Made by a program: the position numbers and the translations under genes
Shown here: one piece after another, positions 26,815-38,131 of the stretch
Layout: each line of letters begins with the position of its first letter
Position numbering within the stretch: the stretch's first letter is position 1
Source of the DNA: Eledone cirrhosa
Lineage: Eukaryota
Direction of reading: 5' to 3'
DNA length: 64,000 nucleotides
Assembly (NCBI GenBank): GCA_964016885.1
Contig: OZ024745.1
Span: 119,908,001-119,972,000 of the forward strand
Notes under the pieces: generated by a model
The model's input: the letters and a program-made list of their open reading frames with translations, nothing else
Database searches by the model: none
Told to the model about the DNA's origin: nothing

Positions 26815-28105
26815 GGTATTTGAAACAAACAAACTGCTGAAATCCAACCGTTATGGTACGGATTGCTTAACGCAGCTACTGCATTACTTTGATGACATTT
26901 TGAGAGATTTGGGAGAGGGCTCCAGCACTGATATCTCCTACGTTGATTTCAGCAAGGTCTTTGACGGGGTTCATCACAACATTCTACTGAGAAAACTATC
27001 CAATATCGATGTCACTGGAAAGTTTCTGCAGTGGATCAAGTGTTTCCTGTCAAACAGAGCCCAATACGTTGTAGTCGAAGATGTACAATCCAGCCCAGCC
27101 AAAGGCAGTAGTGGTGACCCACAAGGCACTGTGTTGGGCCCACTTCTTTTCATTACCTATAGTAATGACATTACTGATATCATCAAGTACAGCAGCATAA
27201 GAATCTTCGCAATCGATTCCAAAGCTCCAGGAGGTCATCATTGGTGTGGATGACCGGATATGCCCCCAATCAGTTCTACTGGCTGTTATCCAAAAGGCGG
27301 AAAACAACAATATGCCACTGAACGAAGATAAATTTGAGTTAATCCACTTTGAAAAACAGGATGCCCTGAAACTCCTATACTCACTTCCCTCAAGTGCAAC
27401 TCATCAGAAACTTAGAAGTAATTGTGGACAACAACATAAACTGGGCCACTCATATAAACAGCGAAGTTGAGATGGCTCGCAGAATCTTTTCCTGGATTCT
27501 AAGAACCTTCCGGTCGAGAGATATTCAGACTATTATCCTACTCTTCTCCACTTTTGTCTGACCCCACCTTGAATACTGTTGTCCATTGTAGTGTCCCCAC
27601 ACGAAAGAAAGTCTCATGAAAATTGAAGCTCCTCAAAGGTCGATCACTAAAACGACAGATGGCATGTCAGGTGTTGACTATTGGAGTCGATTAGAAAAAC
27701 TCAAACTTTATTTTATCCAACGCCACCATGAACGCTATATTATCAGCATGATGTGGAAATCAGCAGTGTGCAAAGGATTTTGGCATTACCTTTAAACAAA
27801 ACCCAAGACTTGGGCCCCGTGCTATCCGCCCACAACAAAAATCTCACTCGCATCTCATAACAACACTACGACACAATTATTTCACCTCAATCGGCCCCGC
27901 TACCTTTAACATTACACCAAAATACATTAAGACAGAAACAGATCCCATGAACTTCAAAAGGTCATTGGACAAATTCCTTCAATAAATTCCGGATAAACAT
28001 CCTACACCCGGATATGCCTCCGTAAACAAAAACTCTCTACTTGAGTGGGCCATGGTGTCCAAATCCTGATTTGAAAGACTTTCGCCAGGTGGTACTAAGT
28101 TGGCT
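26815..28105 (+). mobile_element. CR1-clade LINE, 5'-truncated and decayed RT through to the 3' end
   Basis: YVDFSKVFD, WIKCFLSNRAQ, PQGTVLGPLLF, PHLEYC motifs; frameshifts and stops. Confidence 0.88.
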
Positions 28106-28312
28106 CCAGTTCGAAATGCATCAACGATTGCCCCCCAAATACATATCTGTATACAGCTAAGCTCGAAGCTAAATCCTAATTCTATTATATTATATGTCGA
28201 GCTAACTTATACAGCTTCATATGCAAATGAGATTAATCACCTCATATATACAGACGAGAAAACCATATATTCTCGCCTGTTTTCAAGTCCAGCCGTCGCA
28301 AGAGTGAGAGGG

Positions 28313-28356
28313 ATCGTCCTGAAGAGCAGCAGTTAAGTTCGAAATGCATCGACGAT
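28313..28356 (+). ncRNA. Minimal type I hammerhead ribozyme
   Basis: ATCGTC-CTGAAGA-GCAGC-AGTTAA-GTTC-GAAAT-GC-ATC-GACGAT; perfect 6-bp helix I; palindrome ATGCAT. Confidence 0.82.
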
Positions 28357-29276
28357 TGTCCCCCTTGCTTCTGCTAGACACCACCAGGGGGCGATATCCT
28401 GCAGCGTTTTGGAATACCTACGGCTTCCTAAGTGTTTATCTATATACATACCGTATATCTTTAGAAATAAGAACTTCCAATACATATCTGTATACAGCTA
28501 TGCTCGAAATATATATATATATGTATATATATATATGTATATATATATAAAAACAAATAACGAAACGAAATTAAATTTAATTTCGTTTCGTTTGTAACTC
28601 ACTTTTGTATGACTGACGCTTAAACAATTAAGTTAAAAATGTACATCCATATATGTATACTGAAATACTAGTATGCATATGAATACACACACGTATACAT
28701 ATGTAGATGTACCAAGTCTTTCACTGGTTACTTTACTGTGAGTATCCAGCTATTCTGTATGTAAACACACAGACAAACCGGTTTTTAGAGTCATACTGGT
28801 TTTTGAGGAAACACCTTTCCTCTATTCTCCAGAAAGCCAGACATATATATATATATAAATATATATATATTTATATATATATATATATGTATACATATAC
28901 AATTCACTTATTTCATCACTTATATATTATGAGTATGACAGATCTTAAGTCTATTGAAAGAGCTCCAGTAATTGTTATGAAATAATTTGAAAAGTAGTCG
29001 ATAATACTATTTCACTAATTGGCATTTTACAAACACTTTCGTTTAATTATTCATATATTCTGGGCATTCGCCAAGATGGTTCGTAAGTAATGTGTGACAT
29101 AAGGTGTGAAGAATTATGTAATGTATGAACTAGTGTCCTTCTTACAGACACTATTTCAATCCTAGTACATGTTTCACAGGTAGACATATACGCTCATACA
29201 CAAACACGCACAATCACTAACTCACATACTTACATATATATATACAACCTTCATACATACATACACACACTGGTAA

Positions 29277-29357
<81 letters not shown>

Positions 29358-30108
29358 TATATATATATACACAATATGTAGAAAAGATAACACACTAGAG
29401 AGAGAGATATATTGCGCCATCAGTCAAACAGGGAAAAATCACCAGTCTATGGAATCTATAGCCCATGGAAGGCAGAGTGGACACACAATAATTAAAAGTA
29501 TGAATTAAAGTGTAAATACATACCTCGATAATTATCTAACACACACGTACACATCCAAAAAGATCTGTTTCGCCAAGTAGGTTGTTGACAGAAATGATTA
29601 GCCCATAGTTCATACAGCGTGTGTAAGGCATTTCAGACAACACGAAGAGAATCTAAAGCGACTGTCCAACCACACGGTTTATCGTGATGTTTCACTCTTT
29701 ATATACATATATATATAGGATATAACATACACATACACACGCGCACACAAAAATAAATAAATAATATGAATATATATTGCATATAATATATATATATATA
29801 TATATATATTCTTACGGTCACCAGACCTACAGTAAAGGAAACGGTACATTGTTTAAAACCACCGGCTTATCTCTACACTATATATAATACACCCCATGAC
29901 AGCTTTTACATGTCAATTTCAGACATCTCCCTCATGACAGCTAGTTTCACACGCTAAAGTCGTAGATATACTATGTTTCTTACTTAGATTGATGTTGTGG
30001 TTATTTCAAATAATTTATTACTAGCATTGTTAGTATTGTTGTTATTGTTCTGATTGAATGCCATTACTATATATAGAAGCCATGCCTATATATTCCTTTC
30101 ATTCTCGC

Positions 30109-30225
30109 AATCTCTGATGAATTGACTCGTTACAACTATGTGTTGGTGATCGAATGACGTGAAAACAAGCGGGTAGCGATCTCTAGACCTACCAGTTCAG
30201 AGAAACAATTGTCAGCAATGAGATT
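30109..30225 (+). ncRNA. Possible hammerhead with long helix II
   Basis: CTGATGA (30114) ... GAAAC-AATT-GTC (30202-30213); helices I and II only weakly paired. Confidence 0.45.
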
Positions 30226-30473
30226 AAAAACCTTTTTTGTATTGCAAACCGTGTCACTCTTCTTTCCTGATTTATCATTACTCCAAGTGTTAACAACATA
30301 GAAATCACTGCGTACTCGCAGCATCACTATGGAAACGCCTTGTTGAGTCAAACTTAGCCAAGCGTTGATATCATCCACTACTCGGAGTACCCTAACTGGA
30401 CTACACCTAGTGGACTGCCTATAACAATAATTTGTTACCCCGTATATATATATATATATATTACTATATATAT

Positions 30474-32525
30474 ACAATGCTTGTTAACAGTTTCCACATT
30501 ACGGACAGATATGTGATAGGTCTATAGTTGGTAACATCATTACCCTTGATTTGGTCTTTCATTAGTAACAAGCATTGTGTCTGAGGAAATCAACCATCAC
30601 CTCCACATAAACAACTTGTTACCGGACGAACAGAAAGGATGCCGAAAGGAGTCCCGTGGTATAAAGGACCAGTTACTTATTGATAAGATGGTCAGGAGGA
30701 ATTGCAAGAGGCGATACACTGGTTTTGCAATAGGATGGATAGACTACAAAAAGACATTCGACATGGTACCTCATTCTTGGATAACCAAAAGCCTAGAAAT
30801 CTTCAAGGTGGCAGATAACATCAGACAGTTGTTGAGCAAAAGTATGAAGTCCTGGAAAACAGAGTTAACATCGCGCGGAGAATCCTTGGGAGGCGTGAGG
30901 ATCAAGAGAGGTATCTTCCAGGGAGATAGTTTGTCCCCTCTGTTGTTTGTCCTTGCCCTGATCCCCCTGACCATTATACTGCGAAAAGTGAGAGCAGGAT
31001 ACAAGTTGGGAAAGGGAGAGCTTACCATCAATAACCTCCTCTTCATGCACGATTTTAAGCTCTTCGGGAAGAGTGAGAAGGAGTTGGATGTGCTTGTTGA
31101 CACTGTCCGTATTTTCAGCAATGATATATGTATGGAATTTGGTATTAGTAAGTGTTGAAGAGAGGTAAATTGAGCAGAAGCAACGGAATCCAGGTACCAA
31201 CAGGTGAGATGATAAAGGAAATTGACACTGAAGAAGGATACAAATATTTAGGTGTTCTGGAGGCAGATGACATCAAGAACAAAAAAAGGAACGAATTGAT
31301 AAGATCTAAGTGCATTCGGAGATTAAGGAGCGTATTAAAATCACATCCGAACAGTAGGAATGTCATAAGTGCAGTAAATTCCCGAGCTGTGTCTATTATT
31401 AGGTACAGTGCGGGAATTCTGAAATTCAATGTTGCTGAACAAAAAGAAATGGATAGGAAGACTAGGAAGCTATTGACTATCTACAACATGTTACACAACA
31501 GGAGTGATGTCGATAGAGTCTACTTAAGGAGATCTGAAGGTGGAAGAGGTCTTATAAGCATAGAGGACTGTGTTCAGATGGAGAAAAACAACCTACACAA
31601 ATACGTGACTGACAGTAGGGAGCCAATGCACCGAATTGTACTGAAGGAGAGGCCAATAGACTAGGGGGTGTCCAAGGAGGAAATAACAACAAGGAGGAAG
31701 ACCACCCTTCATGAAAAATCCCTTCATAGCACCGTCTTTGAGAAAACTGAATTTAGAGATCCACAGACATGGAACTGGTTAAAAAGAGGAGACCTTAAAA
31801 AGGCTACAGAGGGAATGCTAATCGCTGCGCAAGAGCAGGCCCTCAAAACTAAGTGGGTGAAACACCATATTTACAAGGAGGAGACTAGCCCACTGTTTAG
31901 GATCTGTGGAGAGAGAGAGATGAGACTGTTGATCACATTGTATCCGAGTGTAACCACCTAGCCCAGACTCACTATAAAGGCTGGAGACATGATGTGATGG
32001 GCTGGGTGATCCACGGGCAACTATGCAAAGTAAACAATTTAACCACATTCTGAGAACTGGCATGAGCATAAACCAGAGTCGGTGATAGAAAAGGATCAGG
32101 TAAAGGTGCTGTGAGATTTTAGGATACAGACGGACAAGAAACTGGAACACAATAGACCTGACCTGGTGGTTTTGGACAAGGAAAAAAGATCGTGTCTGAT
32201 TGTAGATGTAGCCTGCCCATTCGACACAAGAGTGCAAGAGAAGGAGAGGGAGAAAATTAACCGATACCAGGACTTAAAGTGAGAGGTAAAAAGGATTTGG
32301 AACTGCCATGGTACTATCTCAAAGAGTTTCCAAGGATGGTTAAAGAAGATTAGTCCAGCCCCGCTTTTTGGAACACTTTAAAAGGCATGCTTGCTGGGAA
32401 CAGCAAGAAGCCTGCGATACGTCCTGAATGTCTGGGGCTGCAGGTAGCGGCTTGATATTCATTTCAACAAACTTTCCAGTTAAATAACATCAATGATTGA
32501 GATTCAAAGCACAATAATAATAATA
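30474..32525 (+). mobile_element. R4/Dong-type (RLE) non-LTR retrotransposon, 5'-truncated and decayed, ending in (TAA)n
   Basis: EQKGCR..KDQLLID, WIDYKK.FD.VPHSW, GIFQGDSLSPLLF, GGRGL, AAQEQAL, CCHC-like region, IQTD..NRPDLV..DVACP endonuclease motif. Confidence 0.88.
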
Positions 32526-32618
32526 ATTGTTTCTACTTTTGGCACAAGGCCAGCAATTACCCCAGTGTAATACTGGTATTTCATTTTATCGACCCCGTAA
32601 AGATGAAAGGCAAAGTTA
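32524..32618 (-). mobile_element. SINE family A, truncated
   Basis: Reverse complement of core and tail. Confidence 0.85.
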
Positions 32619-32621
32619 AAT

Positions 32622-32845
32622 AATAAAAGGACGATTTGTTATGTCGTCATTACGGTTTCGCTATTGATCAGCTCAACGTTCGATCTGTAGCGATCTAGCC
32701 CGACTTTGGAATAAAAATCTCGTCGGACATCTGGTGTCATAATTACACTCTGCTTAGTTCTGCACCTCTTTACAGACTGGATACGATACTACGTATCGGC
32801 TGCTCACTCGGGTAACCTACAGTAACTGCACGTTACATTCCCTAT
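32622..32845 (-). mobile_element. Short derivative of the Penelope pLTR at 25117-25360, with decayed hammerhead and inverted tail
   Basis: 32655-32730 matches 25281-25355 in the same orientation; 32790-32843 is the reverse complement of 25118-25168. Confidence 0.75.
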
Positions 32846-32851
32846 ATATAT

Positions 32852-33082
32852 ATAGGAACGAGTAGGACCCCGACGGCTGAGCTCAAGCCGTTTCGACGGC
32901 TAATTCTGGACAGAATTAGCCGTCGAAACGGCTTGAATTAGCCGTCCAGAATTAGCCGCCGAAACGCCTTGAGCTCAGCCATCGGGGTCCTACTCGTTCC
33001 TATTACCCACTCTACTACCCTAAGTATTGAGTACTTTGGTGCGTTATGGTCCACCTGGTTCCTTACCACATTTCCTCCGTTA
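32852..33082. repeat. Nested palindromic element; its right part is homologous (inverted) to 57082-57190
   Basis: Outer inverted repeat 32852-33003, perfect inner hairpin 32884-32935. Confidence 0.85.
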
Positions 33083-33102
33083 TATATATATATATATATA
33101 TA

Positions 33103-33152
<50 letters not shown>

Positions 33153-33237
33153 TGTGTGTGTGCGTGTGTGTGCGTGTGCGTGTGTGTGTGTGCGTGTGTG
33201 TGTGTGTGTGTATGTGTGTGTGTGTGTGTGTGTGTGT
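33082..33237. repeat. (TA)n(TG)n microsatellite
   Basis: Seen directly. Confidence 0.95.
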
Positions 33238-33539
33238 TTTCCCATGAATTTGCATCGAAATATGGACAGGAACACGAATTTACGTAATATTAAAATTTAT
33301 AAACTCCACATAAGTACCAATTAATTAAGAAGATTGACGCATTCAAATTCATATTTCAATGTCATTCAAGTCTTTAGTGTTCCCCCTTCACAGATTCTAT
33401 AGAAATAATTAGCCTCTATACATGAAATTCGGAACTGAAGAAGCATGAAACATAAGTTGTAGTCTGTTCGCACGGTCATTGACTCGATTAAACTATTTAA
33501 ACAGAACATTGTGTGAATTTATCAATTAGATATTGTTAA

Positions 33540-34945
33540 TAATAAAGGCAGTGTGGATTGAGACAGCTAAAAAGGAGATTAGTGAACAAGCATACCAACA
33601 ACCGGATTTGAGTATCACAGTTAGAATTCTTAAAAAGTAGACCAATAAATTAACCAACTGGAAATCACCAGGCCTCGATTGCATGCAAAGATATTGGATA
33701 AAATATATAGCATCCCTCCACCCAATTCAATGACTGCTTGGTGTCGGGTGAAAATAACAGAGTGGTTGACAGTTCTGATAATAAAAGACCAAATCAAGGG
33801 TAATGAGGTTACCAACACATGTCTGCCCGTAATTTTGAAACTGCTAACAAGCATTGTGTCTGAGGAAATCTACTATCACCTCCACATAAACAACTTATTA
33901 CCGGACGAACAGAAAGGATGCCCGCGGTACAAAAGGACCAGTTACTTATTGATAAGATGGTAATAAGGATTTGCAAGAGGAGGCACACTGGTCTGCCATG
34001 GCATGGATAGATTACAAGAAAGCATTCGACATGGTACCTCATTCTGGGAAAACCAAAAGCCTAGAGATCTTCAAGGTGGGAGACAGTTATTAAGTAAAAG
34101 TATGAAGTCCTGGGAAACAGAGCTAACATCAGGCGGAGAATCCTTGGGAGACGTGAAGATCAACAGCAGTATCTTCCAAGGAGATAGTTTGTCCCCTTCG
34201 TTGTTTATTCTTATCCTCATACCCTTGTTCCTCATATTGCGAAAAGTGAAAGCAGGATATAAGCTGGGAAGAGGAAAACTTACCATCAACCACCACCTCA
34301 TGGATGAACTAAAACTCTTTGGAAAAAGCGAGAAGGAGTTGGATGTACTTGTTAATACTGTCCGTATTTTCAGCAATGATATATGTATGGAATTTGGTGT
34401 TAATAAATGTGGAGTCCTAGTGATGAAGAAGGGTAAATGGAACAGGAGCAACGGAATCCAGGTACCAACAGGTGAGATGATAACGGAAATCGACACTGAA
34501 GAAGGATACAGATATTTGGGTGTTCTGGAGGCAGATGACTTCAAGTACAATAAAATGAAGGAAGTGATAAGATAGGAATGCATAAAATCACATCTAAATA
34601 GTAGGAATGTCATAAGTGCAGTAAATTCCCGAGCAGTGTCTATTATTAGGTACAGTGATGGAATTTTGAAGTGGAATGTTACTAAACAAAACGAAATGGA
34701 TAGAATGAGTAGGAAGCTTATGACTACCTACAGCATGTTCTACAAGAGGAGTAATGTTGATAGACTCTACATAAGGAGATCTGAAAGTAATAAAGGTCCT
34801 ATCAGCGTGAGAGGACTATAGTCAAATGGAGAAAAGAAGTTTGCACAAATATGTGTCTGAGAGTAGGGAGCCAATGCTCAAAGTTGTACTGAAGAAGACA
34901 ATAGACCAGGGGTGTCGAAGGAGGAAGTAACAGCAAAGAGGAAGA
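33540..34945 (+). mobile_element. Second R4/Dong-type copy (RT region)
   Basis: Close paralogue of 30566-31700; IFQGDSLSP, YRYLGVLEAD. Confidence 0.88.
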
Positions 34946-35692
34946 GGTACCTGCAGCCTCAGATATTCAGAACGTATCGGAGGGTTCTTGCTGTTCCAAG
35001 CAAGCATGCCTTTTGAAGTGTTCTAAAAAAGGGGGCTGGACTAATGTTCTTTAACCATCCTTGAAAACTCTTAGAGATAGTACCTGGTGCGCCTATGACA
35101 ATCGGGTCGACCTTGATCTCATGACAGTCCCAAATCCTGTTTTAATTCCCACTTTAAATCCTGGTATCGGTTAATTTTCACCTTTCCTTACACTCTTATG
35201 TCAAAGGAGCAGGCTACATCTTCAATCAGGCACGATTTTTTTCCTTGTCGAAAACCACCGGGTCATGCGTATTGGGTTCTAATCTATTGTCTGTCTGTAT
35301 CCTGAAATCCCATAACATCTTCACTCGATCGCTTTCTATCACCGACTCTGGTTTATGCTCATACCACTTCTCAGAATGTGGTAAATTATTTAGTTTGCAT
35401 AACCTTTCCTATTATATCATGCCTCCAGCCTTTATAGTGAGTTTGGGATAGGTGTTTACATTCGGGTACGATGTGAGCCACATCCTACCAGAATGTAGCT
35501 GTGAAAAAAATCTAGCTGCTATTATACATAGCAAACTTCAGGTTAAAATATATCGGTTTGTATCTCTCTCCCACGCTACCTATTGTTCTCTCTCTCTCTC
35601 CACAAATCCTACAGAGTGAGTTAGCCTCCTCCTTGTCAATATGGTGCTTCACCCACTTCGTTCTGAGGCTTGCTCTAAGAGCAGCCATTAGC
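34946..35692 (-). mobile_element. Inverted 3' part of an R4/Dong-type element
   Basis: Reverse complement matches 31815-32447 (LRTKWVKHHIDKEE..CRICGE; KACLLGTAR). Confidence 0.85.
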
Positions 35693-35705
35693 TGCAATTA
35701 ATATA

Positions 35706-35887
35706 TTTGTTTCTACATTTGGCACAAGGCCAGCAATTATCTCAGTACGTTACTGGTACTTTATTTTATCGACCCCAAAATGATGAAAGGCAAAGTTAGC
35801 CTCGGCGGGATTAGAACTCAAATCGTAAAGAGCCGTAACTCTATGGTGCAACGCATGATGTCCGACTCACTACCGATACGGCCAATA
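35706..35887 (-). mobile_element. SINE family A, near full length
   Basis: Reverse complement of head, core and tail. Confidence 0.88.
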
Positions 35888-35937
35888 CAGTTAATATATT
35901 GATATGTAATGTCATTAATTATGAGGTGTTGAGATAA

Positions 35938-36071
35938 AATAATTTCATTCTATTTGCCTTCGCAGCTGTCAATACACATGTAATAAATTACTTCAATAAA
36001 ATTGTGTAATTGTTGAAGTAATTTATTACACGTGTATTGACAGCTGAGAAGGCAAATAGGATGAAATTATT
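35938..36071. repeat. Hairpin / inverted repeat (about 60-bp arms) next to (TA)n
   Basis: AATAATTTCAT.CTATTTGCCTTC.CAGCTGTCAATACAC.TGTAATAAATTACTTCAA and its reverse complement. Confidence 0.9.
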
Positions 36072-36075
36072 ATAC

Positions 36076-36156
<81 letters not shown>

Positions 36157-36244
36157 GTAATAATAATGAATATAAAGACTAAAATCCGAAGAAGGCTCGA
36201 TAAAGATATTATATATATAAATATATATAAAAACCGCACAGCAA

Positions 36245-36460
36245 ATATTTATTAAAATAACAGATTAAAGTCTAAGCAAAGAATCACTGCTTTCACCCTT
36301 AACGGGATCTTCTGAAGCAAAAAAACAATCAATCCGTTTGCGCAGAAGTAAATATTTCGAAAAACATTACAACCGAAGGAAAACAGGAAGACGATAATTT
36401 AGTCCGTGAAGACGTTCCCTGACAATGAACGGGATAAAGCAAAGATAATACGTTGTAAGG
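36245..36460 (-). repeat. (TA)-adjacent interspersed repeat (copy at 56510-56720, opposite orientation)
   Basis: Shared CGTATTATCTTTGCTTT, CAGGGAACGTCTTCACG and CAGAAGATCCCGTTAAGGGTGAAAGCAG. Confidence 0.85.
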
Positions 36461-36615
36461 TAGAGCGGTGAGAACAATATATATATTTATTTAATTATTT
36501 ATTCATTTATTGACCGGACTTGTGCTACGGAGGTAAACTTTCTATGTGCAATTCCCATGGTCATTCGTGACCGAAAGGGGTTCCTTCATATATATATATA
36601 TATATATATATATAA

Positions 36616-37257
36616 TGCGGATGCATTCATGTATATATGTGTGTGTCCGCATGTATCTGTGTGTTTCTAAATATATTAATAACTCCCTCTGGTCGAGCAA
36701 TCTTTGAAGTGTGGGGACAACTGGAAAGCTTCCATTACTCATACTTCTCGCCTTCTTCACTACCTCTTCTACGGCCTCGATATGAATACCCCCTCCGCCT
36801 CCGTGGTATTTTCTTCGTGGTTATAAGAGGCTTAGCTCTGTTTCTCGACCGTTATATCGCGTGACTATCTCCCCCTCCGCCTTTTGGGATTCTTTCTCAC
36901 GTCGTGTAGACGCGTTCTTGAGACTAGTAAAATGAGGTATCCTCTTGATAAGTCGGCAGACCTCGCAAGGACCCTATATCTTTGATATATTGTTTTTGTT
37001 TATGCCACGAAACTACGTAGTCGAGGAATTTAGGAGCAGTTTAGGTATGATACATTTTATTACTAATTATATCTAAATGTTTCTTCTCTCTTCATAATGT
37101 ATTTTTAACTCTGATACTGGTTCAGTCTAGTTCAACTGAATTGGTCTGTCCCAGTCATTCATTGAGCAACATCGGTGAAGTTGGCACTCTTAACTCACAG
37201 TTGGGTGCGGATGCATTCATGTATATATGTGTGTGTCCGCATGTATCTGTGTGTTTC

Positions 37258-37266
<9 letters not shown>
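36616..37266 (+). mobile_element. 590-nt hammerhead-bearing unit with a 61-bp direct terminal repeat (retrozyme/pLTR-like)
   Basis: 36616-36676 identical to 37206-37266; hammerhead at 36940; (TA)n on both sides. Confidence 0.7.
36940..37027 (+). ncRNA. Type I hammerhead, U3-A8 core variant, extended helix II
   Basis: TCCTC-TTGATAA-GT(C)GGCA...TGCC-AC-GAAAC-TACGTA-GTC-GAGGA. Confidence 0.78.
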
Positions 37267-37292
<26 letters not shown>

Positions 37293-37294
37293 AT

Positions 37295-37862
37295 CTAGGG
37301 CGGGTAAAATTCCCGAGATCCATGGACGAGTTCTCTCCACCGGTCTCTGTCCCTCATTATCGCTGCCATGTCCTGCATCTCCAACAGACCAGTGTCTGTC
37401 CTTAGGGCATCGACATACGTTAACCATGGTCTTCCTCTTCCAGTGTGTCCATGTAGGGGCTCCGACAGGAGCACTGAGTGCAATGTCAATTCTGTATGTC
37501 GGTGACCATGTCCAGCTAACCTCAGTCTCCTCTCTGTCACTTTTGAGCTGACTTTTGGGAGGCTCCCATACAGCTCTGAGTTTTTCATCCTCAGTGTATA
37601 CTGATTAATATTCAGAGCCATCCTCAGCATTCTCGTGTAGCACCCATCCACCATCTGAGTGAGTTTCTTGGTCAGTGTACAAGTCTCCGACCCGTACAGC
37701 AGCACAGACTCCACTACAGCAATGAAGAGGCGGATTTTCAGGTCTTTACGAAGGTCCGACTTCCACACCGATCTCAAGCTGTGGCACGCCGCCCAAGTTT
37801 TGCTCTTCCTCTCAACCACATCATCTTCCGCTAGAATTGGCTGAGGACTTCCTGTATTTGGG
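37295..37862 (-). mobile_element. RTE-type LINE 3' fragment
   Basis: KIRLF..VESVLLYGSET, RRLRLAGH, GRGRP..TYVD, RDRWR motifs. Confidence 0.85.
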
Positions 37863-37867
37863 AGCAA

Positions 37868-38131
<264 letters not shown>

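Noticed and set aside
33435-33462. CTGAAGA-AGCAT-GAAAC-ATAA-GTT
   Set aside because: No helix II or helix I pairing; probably chance
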